Assembly (NCBI GenBank): GCA_031409275.1
Contig: JANNXA010000055.1
Location: forward strand, 160,001 to 224,000
Direction: 5' to 3'
Length of the DNA: 64,000 nucleotides
Source: Planctomycetota bacterium
GTDB taxonomy: Bacteria; Planctomycetota; B15-G4; SIAN01
The translations under genes and the position numbers were made by a program. Positions 8,503 through 17,867 of this stretch are shown piece by piece. How positions within the stretch are numbered: the stretch's first letter is position 1; the number at the start of each line of letters is the position of its first letter. The notes under the pieces are model-generated. The model saw only the letters and a program-made list of their open reading frames with translations. It ran no database searches and was not told the DNA's origin.

Positions 8503-9408
8503 ATTCCGCCGCTGCTGAAGGCCCTGCGCCCCCATCAATGGACGAAGAACCTCGCGGTCTTCGTCGGCATCCTCTTCGCCCGGAAGCTCGGCGATCCGGC
8601 GGTGCTGCTTCCCGTGGCGCTGCTGTTCTGCGCCTTCTGTCTCGCGGCGAGCTGCATCTACCTGATCAACGACATCGCCGACCGCGAGGAAGACGCCAAG
8701 CACCCGGTCAAGCGCATGCGGCCGATCGCGTCGGGCGCGCTGTCCGTCGGAAGTGCGCGCGTCGCCGCGGTGGTGGTTGCCGGGCTCGCGCTGGCGCTGG
8801 TGTGGTTCCTGCCGACGGACGTCCGACTCACGCCGTGGAAGCTGCGCCCCGGCCCATTGGTGCTGTCGGCCTACCTCGGATTGAACCTCGCCTACACGTC
8901 GCTGCTGAAGCGCGTCGCCATCGCCGACGTCACCTGCGTTGCGCTCGGCTTCCTGATCCGCGTCGTCAGCGGGCCGAAGGTGGCGGGCCTCGAAGTCTCG
9001 TCGTGGCTGATCCTGTGCACCTTCTTCGGTGCGCTCTTCCTCGCGCTGGCGAAGCGCCGCGGCGAACTGCTCGTCACGCAGACCAGCGGCGGCGGTCGCT
9101 CGGTGCTGGAGCAATACTCGGCGCAGGCGCTCGACACGCTGGTGGCGATGTCCGGGACGGCGACCGTGATCTGCTACTCGATCTACACCGTCTCGGCCGA
9201 GACGATCGCGAAGTTCCACACCAGCGACCTGCTCTACACCATCCCGTTCGTCTTCTACGGGCTTGGTCGCTACCTGCTGCTGCTCTACCGCCGCCAACGG
9301 GGCGAAGACCCGGCGGCGGTGCTCTTCACGGATCGCGGCATGTTGGTCGCGATCGTCGGCTGGCTCGCCACGTCGGCCGTCGTCTTGAGCCTGCCGCACA
9401 CGCCCTGA
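8503..9408 (+). CDS. UbiA-family prenyltransferase (decaprenyl-phosphate phosphoribosyltransferase-like)
   Basis: ALRPHQWTKNL, YLINDIADREEDAKHPVKRMRPIASG, ALAKRRGE, GEDP; multiple TM segments. The conserved N-terminus lies upstream of the track start (8602); start proposed at ATT 8503. Confidence 0.88.
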   Translation: MPPLLKALRPHQWTKNLAVFVGILFARKLGDPAVLLPVALLFCAFCLAASCIYLINDIADREEDAKHPVKRMRPIASGALSVGSARVAAVVVAGLALALVWFLPTDVRLTPWKLRPGPLVLSAYLGLNLAYTSLLKRVAIADVTCVALGFLIRVVSGPKVAGLEVSSWLILCTFFGALFLALAKRRGELLVTQTSGGGRSVLEQYSAQALDTLVAMSGTATVICYSIYTVSAETIAKFHTSDLLYTIPFVFYGLGRYLLLLYRRQRGEDPAAVLFTDRGMLVAIVGWLATSAVVLSLPHTP

Positions 9409-9418
9409 GCGACCGCCG

Positions 9419-9474
9419 CTTCGCGTCGGCCTCCTTCGCGACGGCCTCCTTCGCGACGGCCTCCGTCGTGACGG
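9419..9474. repeat. 15-bp tandem repeat CTTCGCGACGGCCTC (about 3.7 copies)
   Basis: Units at 9419, 9434, 9449 and a degenerate partial unit at 9464, between convergent genes. Confidence 0.85.
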
Positions 9475-9475
9475 T

Positions 9476-10159
9476 TCAGCGAGAGGGTCGTCGCGGCGGC
9501 TCACGGACCGCCGGCGCCAACCGCAGCGCCTTCACCAGCTGAAGGATCAGCACGTCGGCGACGCGATCGATCGGCGGCACACCCCCGAGCAGTTCGGCCA
9601 TCGACGTCATCACGCCCGGCGCAAAGCCGCACGGCGAGATCAGCGCAAAGTCACCAAGATCGGGAGCCACATTGAGCGCGATGCCGTGCCAGGTGACATG
9701 GCGGCGTACGGCGACGCCGATCGACGCGACTTTCCGCTCGCCGACCCACGCACCGGTCGCCCCGTCGCGACGCTCGCCGGCTAGTCCGAAGGCGGCGAGA
9801 GTCGCGAGCAGTGCCGCCTCGAGCGCGCGCAGGTAGTCGCGCACGCCGAGTTCGAGGTCCGCGAGCGAGACGATCGGGTAGGCGACGAGCTGCCCGGGGC
9901 CGTGCCAGGTCGCCTGGCCGCCGCGCTCGATCGCGACCACTGGAATCGGCAGCGTCGGCGGCATCGGCGGGCTCGCGCGCCCGAGCGTCACCACTCGCTC
10001 ATGTTCGCCGACGAGGAGCGTGTCGCAGCCGCCAGCGATCCGCTCGGCCAGGAGCTCCTGCTGCAAGGCGTGGACGTCGCGGTACGAGCCGACGCTCTCC
10101 GGAGAGAAAGGGAGCACCCGCGTGCGCGCGAACCACGGCTCGACCGTCGGCACCGCCAC
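9476..10159 (-). CDS. lipB: Lipoyl(octanoyl) transferase LipB
   Basis: EHERVVTLGR, RGGQATWHGPGQLVAYP, KVASIG, HGIALNV, PCG. Confidence 0.95.
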   Translation of the reverse strand: MAVPTVEPWFARTRVLPFSPESVGSYRDVHALQQELLAERIAGGCDTLLVGEHERVVTLGRASPPMPPTLPIPVVAIERGGQATWHGPGQLVAYPIVSLADLELGVRDYLRALEAALLATLAAFGLAGERRDGATGAWVGERKVASIGVAVRRHVTWHGIALNVAPDLGDFALISPCGFAPGVMTSMAELLGGVPPIDRVADVLILQLVKALRLAPAVREPPRRPSR

Positions 10160-10168
10160 CGGAGCGCC

Positions 10169-10939
10169 TCAGACCTCGGCGACGAGGAGCGGCGCGAAGT
10201 CGATCCAATCGCACGAGGCGAGGACGTAATCGGTCGTGCCGCGCCGACCAAACAACGGCACGCCGCGATCGCGCTTCAGCGCATGGAGATGGCCGAAGAC
10301 GACGTGGCGTGCGCCCGACGCTTCGAGGAGCGCGGTGGCGCGCGTCGGCGCGAGCGCCCCGTCGCACGGCGGATAGTGGGTGATCGCGACGCGAAGGCCG
10401 GCGTCACGCGTCGCTGCGAGCTCCTGCATCGCTCGTTCGAGACGGCCCAGTTCGCGCTCGAAAAGGCGCGCACTCTCCGCTGCGTCGGCGCTGTCGGGCT
10501 CCGCACTGACCATGCCGCCCGGGCCGGGCCGCCAGTCGATCCAGTCGCGAAACGACACGCCGGGCTGATCCCACAAGCGCGAACCGGCGATGGCGAGCGG
10601 CCCGATGCGCACCACATCGCCCTGCACCGCATGCATCCGCGGAGGCAGCGCCGCTCGCACCTTGCTGATGGTCGACCACCAGAAATCGTGGTTGCCCTTC
10701 AGCAGCACCTTGTGGCCCGGCAGCGCTCCGAGGAACTCGAGATCGGGGCGCGCCTGGTCCAGGTTCATCGCCCAGGAGATGTCACCGGGCACCAGCACGA
10801 CATCGTCAGCGCCGACGCGTTCGCGCCAAGCGGCGGCGATCTTGTCGGCGTGGTCGACCCACTGCGGACCGAAGCGGTCCATCTTCTTGTTCGGAGTTCC
10901 GAACGAGAGATGGGGATCCGAGAGCGCGAAGAGCTTCAT
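10169..10939 (-). CDS. Calcineurin-like metallophosphoesterase
   Basis: SDPHL, PGDISWA, GNHDFWW, HYPP, FGHLH. Confidence 0.92.
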   Translation of the reverse strand: MKLFALSDPHLSFGTPNKKMDRFGPQWVDHADKIAAAWRERVGADDVVLVPGDISWAMNLDQARPDLEFLGALPGHKVLLKGNHDFWWSTISKVRAALPPRMHAVQGDVVRIGPLAIAGSRLWDQPGVSFRDWIDWRPGPGGMVSAEPDSADAAESARLFERELGRLERAMQELAATRDAGLRVAITHYPPCDGALAPTRATALLEASGARHVVFGHLHALKRDRGVPLFGRRGTTDYVLASCDWIDFAPLLVAEV

Positions 10940-10961
10940 CGCGCGCAGGCGAGCGCCACGC

Positions 10962-11309
10962 TCACTCCTCGATCAGGTGCTGGTAGACCTTGTGCTCCAT
11001 CCAGCCTTGGCGCGGACGCGGGAAGGTCTGCACTTCGGCGTCGCCGAAGACGAAGGTCTGGCACGCGAGGCGGACGGTCGGATCGGTCTGGGGCAGCTTC
11101 GCGATCTCCGCTCCCGTCTTCGGCGAGCAGAGCTCCTGCGGCTTCACGCGCACCTTGCACGTGCCGCAGAGCCCGCGGCCGCGGCAGTTCAACAACTGGT
11201 GCAGGCCAGCGTAGATCTGGATTCCCTGCTCGGCCGCGATCGTCCGCAGGTCGCGGCCCTCGGGGGCCTCGATCTCCTTGAACTCGCGGGAGAAGTAGAA
11301 CTTGGGCAT
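10962..11309 (-). CDS. [2Fe-2S] ferredoxin-type protein
   Basis: C-x5-C-x2-C (CRGRGLCGTC) plus RLACQ; GAGGA upstream of ATG 11309. Confidence 0.9.
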   Translation of the reverse strand: MPKFYFSREFKEIEAPEGRDLRTIAAEQGIQIYAGLHQLLNCRGRGLCGTCKVRVKPQELCSPKTGAEIAKLPQTDPTVRLACQTFVFGDAEVQTFPRPRQGWMEHKVYQHLIEE

Positions 11310-11491
11310 CGCGCGATCCTCGCCGGTCGAAGCGGAAGGGCGGCCATTCAACGGCGCATGCACGGCGAGTTCAAGAGAGGCAACGCAGTCGGACCCGAGC
11401 GCGACTTCCGCGAACCGACGCGCGGAGGCTCCGTTCACCTCGGCTCCCCGGGGGAACCCGGGGATTCTCAGACACTTCAGTGGACTCCATC

Positions 11492-13612
11492 ATGAACCTG
11501 CTGTGGCTGCAGTGGCTCCTGGGCTCCCCTGGCGACAGCGCCGTCGCGACCGCGACGTCGGTGGCCCCTGCCGCCGACGCCGTGCAAACGGTCGTCGAAC
11601 ACGCGGTCGTTCCGGTGCCGGCACCGCATGAAGAGACGTTCGGCACCGCAGCGATCCGCCGAGAAACGCTGACCGCCGATCTGTTCCGCCTCGAACGGCA
11701 GTCGCGCACGCTGCCCGACACGCTGAAGGAATTGCCGGCGATCCACCTGCAGCGAACCGGGCCTGGCCAGACCTCGCCGTTCCTGCGCGGATTCACCGGT
11801 TTTCGAACGCTCTACGTGCTCGACGGCTTCCGCTTCAACCACGCGGCGTGGCGCGACGGCCCCAACCAGTACTTGAACACGATCGATCGCTTCCTGATCG
11901 ACCGCCTCGACGTGCGCTACGGATCGGGCAGCGTCCGATACGGCTCGGACGCGATCGGCGGAACCGTCGTCATGGAGACGCGCGCAGCGGGCCCCACCAT
12001 CGAAGGGCGCGACCACACGGCGCTCGTCGAGACGCGCTTCGCGAGCGCCGAGCGCTCGGCGCTCGGCCACATCGAGGTGGGCGGCATTGCCGGGCCAGAT
12101 CTCACCTACACCGCCGGCGCAACCACCAGCCACTTCGGTGATCTCGAGGGCGGCCGCCATGTCGGAGTGCAGGAAGGGACCGGGTACGACACCGCCGCCG
12201 CCGATCTGAAGCTCGCTTGGAAGATCGGCGCCAGCAGCGAGTTCGTCGTCGCCCACCAGCGCGACCGCACCTTCGATGCGGCCCGCACCCACGCCACGGC
12301 CGACGGCATCTCGTGGCACGGCACGACCGTCGGCACCGACCGCGTGCGCGAGTTCGACCAGCTGCGCGACTTCACTTACGGCCGCCTCGAGTGGCGCGAG
12401 CCGGGCCTCTTCGAGCGCATGCGGTTCGGGCTTGGCTACCACTCGCAGGCGGAGGACGAGACGCGCGTCCGCAGCAACGGCAACCGGACCGAGTCGGGGT
12501 TCGACGTCGACACCGTTGCCACGTTCGCCAATTTCGAGCTCGAGGTGCCGTGCGGCCGCCTCCACTTCGGCGCCGACTTCGCGCACGACGACGTCCACAG
12601 CTACCAGGAGAGCTACAACCCGTCCGGAGCGCCGACCGGCATCGCCATCCAGGGCCCCGTCGGCGACAACGCAACCTTCGACGCTGCCGGCGTGTTCGCC
12701 GAGAACTCGATCGAACTGTCAAAGGCGACCACGCTGACCGCTGGCGCGCGCGCGCAACGGTCGCGTGCCGATGTCGACTCGGCGCGCGATCCGGCCACCG
12801 GCACCAAGATCGACATCGAGGACAAGTGGTGGTCGTGGGCGGCCGACCTGAGGCTGCGGCACGACTGGAACGCGGCGCATGCCGACTGGATCGCCCTCTC
12901 GCGCGCGATCCGCGTCCCCAACCTCTCCGACCTCTCGCGCTTCGACATCGCGTTGTCGGGCGAGATCGAAACGCCGACGCCCGGCCTCGCTCCCGAGGAG
13001 TTCACCACGCTCGAACTTGGCGGCCTCCACCGCTTCGATCGCCTCGAGACGCGCGCCGCGGTCTACTACACGCTGATCCGCGACATGATCGTCCGGTTCC
13101 CGACCGGCAATGTGGTGAGTGGCGCCAACGAGATCCAGAAGGCCAACGTGGGCGATGGCTTCGCCTGGGGTCTCGACCTCGGCGCAACCTGGCGGTTCGA
13201 CGCGGCGTGGTCGGTCGGAGGCGACCTCTCTTTCGTGGCCGGCAAGGTCGACACCTTCGTCGCACCCGGAGTCACGAACGAGGAACCCCTGGGAAAACTT
13301 CCGCCCCTGCATGGCAGCGGCCAGATCCGCTGGGATGATCCGGAATCGACGCTCTGGGTCGAGACCGTACTGACGTACGCCGATCGGCAGGACCGCCTGA
13401 ATCCGCTCGATGAACTCGACACGCAGCGCATCCCGCCCGACGGCACCCCCGGTTTCGTGGTGTACGGCATGCGCGGTGGCTTCTCCCCTGTCGATCGTCT
13501 CGACGTGGCGCTGGCGCTGGAGAACGTGACCAATCGCGACTACCGTCTGCACGGCTCCGGACTGAACGAACCCGGCACCAATCTCGTCGCCAGCCTGAGG
13601 TACCGCTTCTGA
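11492..13612 (+). CDS. TonB-dependent outer-membrane receptor
   Basis: Plug motifs (SPFLRG, DGFRFN, GSGSVRYGSDAIGG), amphipathic beta-strands, ENVTNRDY and terminal YRF. Start at 11492 (ATG) or 11480 (GTG). Confidence 0.93.
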   Translation: MNLLWLQWLLGSPGDSAVATATSVAPAADAVQTVVEHAVVPVPAPHEETFGTAAIRRETLTADLFRLERQSRTLPDTLKELPAIHLQRTGPGQTSPFLRGFTGFRTLYVLDGFRFNHAAWRDGPNQYLNTIDRFLIDRLDVRYGSGSVRYGSDAIGGTVVMETRAAGPTIEGRDHTALVETRFASAERSALGHIEVGGIAGPDLTYTAGATTSHFGDLEGGRHVGVQEGTGYDTAAADLKLAWKIGASSEFVVAHQRDRTFDAARTHATADGISWHGTTVGTDRVREFDQLRDFTYGRLEWREPGLFERMRFGLGYHSQAEDETRVRSNGNRTESGFDVDTVATFANFELEVPCGRLHFGADFAHDDVHSYQESYNPSGAPTGIAIQGPVGDNATFDAAGVFAENSIELSKATTLTAGARAQRSRADVDSARDPATGTKIDIEDKWWSWAADLRLRHDWNAAHADWIALSRAIRVPNLSDLSRFDIALSGEIETPTPGLAPEEFTTLELGGLHRFDRLETRAAVYYTLIRDMIVRFPTGNVVSGANEIQKANVGDGFAWGLDLGATWRFDAAWSVGGDLSFVAGKVDTFVAPGVTNEEPLGKLPPLHGSGQIRWDDPESTLWVETVLTYADRQDRLNPLDELDTQRIPPDGTPGFVVYGMRGGFSPVDRLDVALALENVTNRDYRLHGSGLNEPGTNLVASLRYRF

Positions 13613-14304
13613 GGATCCGCGCCATCGCCGCATCGCTGCTCTTGCACGCCGCCGCATTGGCTGCCGTGTCGGGGCTGTCGTGGAGCCTGCGAAGCACTGC
13701 CGATCGGGCGACCGTCGCCGCCAAGAGCGCCTCGTTCGCCAGCGATGCCGACTCGGCGCCGCTCCCCGAGCCGATGTCGCTCGCACCAGTGCCGATCGAT
13801 CCTCCGCCGACGGAACGGCCGCCCGATCCGGAACCGGAACTCGACGAACTGCACGAACCGCTCGACGACCCGCGCGCGCCTGAATCGTTGGACTCGACGC
13901 TGCTCGCACCGCTGCCGAGTCTGCCGCCCGCCGTCGAGCGCCTCCCCGCGCGACGGCCACCTCCCCCAACCGAACCGACGCCCGTTCCTCCACCGCCAGC
14001 GCAAGTCGCGTCCGAACCGGTCGAGCTGCACGAGGCGGTGACCGAATTCGCACCGCAACCGGTCTATCCGCAGCGAGCCGTCGATCTGCGCTACGAGGGC
14101 ACCGTCACCCTGCTGGCGCTGGTCAAGGCAGACGGCCGCGTCGAGGCATGCGAAGTCGAGACGAGCTCCGGCTTCGCGCTGCTCGACGAGGCGGCGCGCG
14201 CCGCGCTCAAACGCTGGAAGTTCAAGCCCCGCATGGTCGATGGCAGCGCGCGCCCGTTCACCGCGCGCGTGCCGTTCCAGTTCTTCATCCCGAAGCCGAG
14301 GTGA
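13609..14304 (+). CDS. tonB: Energy transducer TonB
   Basis: TM with SLLLH (SxxxH), Pro-rich linker, C-terminal YPQRA..GTV..V.ADG.V....V..SSG...LDEAA..A..RWKF. Start proposed at CTG 13609; the track gives TTG 13642. Confidence 0.85.
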   Translation: MRIRAIAASLLLHAAALAAVSGLSWSLRSTADRATVAAKSASFASDADSAPLPEPMSLAPVPIDPPPTERPPDPEPELDELHEPLDDPRAPESLDSTLLAPLPSLPPAVERLPARRPPPPTEPTPVPPPPAQVASEPVELHEAVTEFAPQPVYPQRAVDLRYEGTVTLLALVKADGRVEACEVETSSGFALLDEAARAALKRWKFKPRMVDGSARPFTARVPFQFFIPKPR

Positions 14305-16720
14305 TCGGGATCGCTGTCGCGGGCGCCGCGGGCGCCGGCCGCAGCTCGCGCACGAACAGCCGCTCGATCCGGCGGTACTCGTCGATCCAGCTCTCCGGAT
14401 CAGTGAAGCCGTGGTCCTGGCTCGGGTAGAGCATCACGTCGAACTCCTTGCCGAGCTGGATCAGCTTCTCGATCAGCCGGATCGAGTCCTGCGCGAAGAC
14501 GTTCGAGTCCTTGAGCCCGTGCAGGATCAGCAGCGGCTTGGTGAGCCCTTCCGCGTGGTCGATCGGACTCGAGCGCCGATAGTTCTCCGCGTCGGTCTTG
14601 GGGTCGCCAAGTCGCGGCGTCGTGTACCACGTGTTGTAGGTGCGCCAGTCGGTCACCGATCGCAACGCAGCGCCGCACGCGAAAACGTCCTGCTTGGTGA
14701 AGAGCGCCATCAGCGTGAGGAAGCCGCCGTAGCTGCCGCCATAGAGGCCGATGCGCGCCGGATCGACGTAGCCGAGACTCGCGAGGTAGCGCGCGCCAGC
14801 CACCTCGTCGTCGAGGTCCTTGCCGCCCATGAAGCCGTAGATGTCGGTGCGGAACTTCCGGCCGTAGCCGGCGCTGTGGCGATAGTCGACGTCCAGCACG
14901 GCGAAACCGAGCCGCGCGAGGCGCTGATGGAACAGGTAGTTCGCCGGATACTCGGTCATCGAACGCGTGACGTTCTGGAGGTAGCCCGCGCCGTGCACGA
15001 AGATCACCGCCGGCACCTGGCCGCCCGCGGGTGGCGCCACCGGTCGATAGAGCAGCGCGCGCAACGCGGTGCCGTCGTCCGGATTGGTGAAGCGGACCAG
15101 CGCTGGCGGCGGCAGCGCGAGCTCGCGCAGCGCCTTCGGCACGGTGTCGCTCAGCTGGACCGGTGCCGCGCCAGGCGCCGTCGCCATCGCGAACCAATCG
15201 CCGGGAACGCCAAGCTGCTCGAACAGGAACGCCACCCGCGAACCGTCCGCGCTGACCGTGAGATCGCCGACACATCCGTCGCGCGGGGTCGCGAGCTCGC
15301 GCACCGCGCCGCTTTCGAGGTCGATCTGCAGCAGCGAGCGCTCGGCCGGATCGCGCTGATTGGTGATCGCCAACGCGAGCGGCTTGCCGGCGACGAGCGC
15401 CACCTCCTGGATCTCGCTTCCCGCGGCGGTCAGCACTCGCGCCGCGCCGCCTTGCGCCGGCACGAGGTAGAGCTGCGCGAAGCCGTCGCGTTCGGATGAG
15501 AAGAGGACCGCCTCGCCGTCGGCACGCCACGAGGCGTGCTGCAGCGGGCCGCCGATCCACGCGTCGTCGCGCTCGGCGAACAGCGGGAGCGTGCGTTGCG
15601 TGTCGGGATCGGCCACCAGGATCTGGCGGACCTTCCAGTCGCTGCTGACGCGCTGCACCAGCAGGCGCGCGCCGGCGGGTGACCAGTCGGTGCCGATCTG
15701 CGCGAAACGCTCGCCCTCGTCCAGCGGGAGCGCAACCTCGACGCCGCGCTCCACGTCGAACAGGGCGATCGACGCCTTGGGAGGCGGATCGCCCGCGAGG
15801 TCGCCACGCACCGGCACCGGCTTCACCTGCTCCGACAGGTAGTCGGCGAGGATCAGTTGGCGGCGCTGTTCGAACTCGCGATTGGTGACCACGGCGAAGC
15901 GGCCGTCGGCCGAAAGCGCGACGCGCCCCGACTCCCATAACGGGGTCGCTCGCGGCGCGCGCGGGTTGGCCGCAAACGGCAGCGAGACGCGCCAGAGCAC
16001 TTTCTTCTGCGCGCGCGGCTCCTTGCCGTCGGTCGCGCTGGCGGTTGCGGCTGCCGCGGTCGCAGGCGGCGGCGCGGGCGGCGTCGCCGTGGCAGCTACC
16101 GGCTTCCCGTCGCCATCCGGTGGCGCCGCGAACAAGACGACCTCCCCCGTCGCTTCGAGCAGCTGGAACCATCGGCCGCGCTGCGTCAGCGCGCGCGCCG
16201 GCGACCAGCGCGCACCGGTGGCCAGGTCGACGACCCACAACTCGTCGTCGGCGCCGGCAACGAAAAGCGCATGACGACCGTCGCGCGTGAACGTCAGCCG
16301 GCCGCGATTCGCGCCGCACTCGAACAACGGTTCACTGCGGCCGCTTGCGACGTCGTAGCGCTCGATCCAACCGCCACGGAACAGCAAGAGCATCGAGTCG
16401 GTCGGCCCCCACTGCAGCTCGACCGCCGGTTCGGCCGGGAAGAGCTCCCGCGCGGGCGCGCTGCCATCGGTCGGCGCGATCCACCATGCCCGCTGCGGCA
16501 TCTCGGCGTCGGTGGCCGTGTAGCGCCACAGCGCGAAGCGACCATCGGCGCTGAGCGACCCTTCGCTCGGCCGCACGCCGAGCAAGCGCGGCGGCGCGAA
16601 GATCTCCTGCAGCGTCGGTCGCACGACCGCGTCGACGGGCGACGTCTCCGCCGGGACTGCCGGCGCGCCCGCACCGCCGACTTGAGCGATCAGAGCCATG
16701 ACGACGATCGACTCGAGCAT
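14285..16720 (-). CDS. Secreted S9-family (DPP IV/prolyl oligopeptidase-like) peptidase
   Basis: Propeller-like repeats, then HGAG, GGSYGG nucleophile, HGLKDSNV, YPSQDHGF; GGAGG upstream. Confidence 0.93.
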   Translation of the reverse strand: MLESIVVMALIAQVGGAGAPAVPAETSPVDAVVRPTLQEIFAPPRLLGVRPSEGSLSADGRFALWRYTATDAEMPQRAWWIAPTDGSAPARELFPAEPAVELQWGPTDSMLLLFRGGWIERYDVASGRSEPLFECGANRGRLTFTRDGRHALFVAGADDELWVVDLATGARWSPARALTQRGRWFQLLEATGEVVLFAAPPDGDGKPVAATATPPAPPPATAAAATASATDGKEPRAQKKVLWRVSLPFAANPRAPRATPLWESGRVALSADGRFAVVTNREFEQRRQLILADYLSEQVKPVPVRGDLAGDPPPKASIALFDVERGVEVALPLDEGERFAQIGTDWSPAGARLLVQRVSSDWKVRQILVADPDTQRTLPLFAERDDAWIGGPLQHASWRADGEAVLFSSERDGFAQLYLVPAQGGAARVLTAAGSEIQEVALVAGKPLALAITNQRDPAERSLLQIDLESGAVRELATPRDGCVGDLTVSADGSRVAFLFEQLGVPGDWFAMATAPGAAPVQLSDTVPKALRELALPPPALVRFTNPDDGTALRALLYRPVAPPAGGQVPAVIFVHGAGYLQNVTRSMTEYPANYLFHQRLARLGFAVLDVDYRHSAGYGRKFRTDIYGFMGGKDLDDEVAGARYLASLGYVDPARIGLYGGSYGGFLTLMALFTKQDVFACGAALRSVTDWRTYNTWYTTPRLGDPKTDAENYRRSSPIDHAEGLTKPLLILHGLKDSNVFAQDSIRLIEKLIQLGKEFDVMLYPSQDHGFTDPESWIDEYRRIERLFVRELRPAPAAPATAIPITSASG

Positions 16721-16874
16721 CTGCATTCCTCCGTCGCGACATGATGCCGGCGCCATCGCCGCGCTCGTACGCCCACCACGACCCGGTATAAGGCTCGGTT
16801 CCCCAAGCCTCGGCGAGCGGCGTGTTCGATCCGGCCTTCGCGACCTCGGCTCGGGGCCAAAGCACGGAGTGTTC

Positions 16875-17846
16875 ATGGGCGTTCCGCACGGCATCGTGGT
16901 CCTCGACAAGCCGGCTGGCATCACCTCGCGCGACGCCGTCGACCATGCGTGCAAGCGCCTGAAGACCCGCGAGATCGGCCACTGCGGGACGCTCGACCCG
17001 CTTGCGACCGGAGTCCTCGTGCTGGTGATCGGTCGTGCTCGCCGCCTGCAGGAGCTGCTCGCCAAGTCGCGCAAGGTCTATGCGGCGCGCATCAAGCTCG
17101 GCGCCATCTCTGAAACCGACGATGCGGAGGGCCCCCTCACCGAGACGTCGCCACTGCCCCCGCCACCGACCCTCGATGCGGTGCTCGCCGGCGCCGCGCG
17201 CTTCGTCGGCGAGATCGAGCAGCGTCCGCCGCGCTATTCCGCGGTGAAGGTCGACGGCGAGCGCCTCTACGACCTCGCCCGCCGCGGACAGGGCATCGAC
17301 GCGCCGATGCGCAAAGTCACCGTCTACGACCTGAAGGTCACGAACTACGACTACCCCTTCATCGACCTCACGGTCGCGTCGGCGGGCGGCACCTACGTGC
17401 GCTCGATCGCGCGCGATCTTGGCGCGCTGCTCGGCACCGGCGGCTATCTCGCGCAACTCGCACGCACCGAGTCCGGCGGCTTCCGCCAGTCGGAAGCGAC
17501 GTCGCTCGAGCAACTCGGGCCCGAGCACGTGCTTCCGCTCGAGAATGCGTTGCGCCACTTCCCGCGGATCGACATCGCGGCGGCGCAGGCACTGCGACTC
17601 GGCAACGGCGCCGTCGTGCGCGCCGAGGTACCGCCCCTCTCGCTCGGCTCCGACGACACGCTGTTTGGCTGGGTGAACGGGCACGCCGTCGCGCTGCTGG
17701 CGAAGCAAGGCCCGCAGCGGGTGCGTTCGTCGCGGCTGCTGGTGACGATCCCGGAGCTGCAGCGACTCGCCGACGAGGAGCTCGCCGCGGCGCCGCAGCA
17801 GGCGAACCGCGAGCGCGCCAGCTACGACGACGACGAGCGGCGCTGA
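16875..17846 (+). CDS. truB: tRNA pseudouridine(55) synthase TruB
   Basis: LDKPAGITS, GHCGTLDPLATGVL, PPRYSAVKVDGERLYDLAR, GTYVRSIARDLG. Confidence 0.96.
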   Translation: MGVPHGIVVLDKPAGITSRDAVDHACKRLKTREIGHCGTLDPLATGVLVLVIGRARRLQELLAKSRKVYAARIKLGAISETDDAEGPLTETSPLPPPPTLDAVLAGAARFVGEIEQRPPRYSAVKVDGERLYDLARRGQGIDAPMRKVTVYDLKVTNYDYPFIDLTVASAGGTYVRSIARDLGALLGTGGYLAQLARTESGGFRQSEATSLEQLGPEHVLPLENALRHFPRIDIAAAQALRLGNGAVVRAEVPPLSLGSDDTLFGWVNGHAVALLAKQGPQRVRSSRLLVTIPELQRLADEELAAAPQQANRERASYDDDERR

Positions 17847-17867
17847 GAGCGCCGCCGCGACGATCGC

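Noticed and set aside
9419..9474. CRISPR-like repeats
   Set aside because: Contiguous 15-bp units without spacers and no cas genes.
11310..11491. Cobalamin or other riboswitch upstream of the TonB receptor
   Set aside because: Only a GC hairpin (CCCCGG...CCGGGG) is visible; I could not find the conserved boxes. An Rfam scan would settle it.
6522..13612. Magnetosome island (MamK-like gene near a TonB receptor and ferredoxin)
   Set aside because: No other recognisable mam/mms/mad gene; the neighbours are ordinary housekeeping genes.
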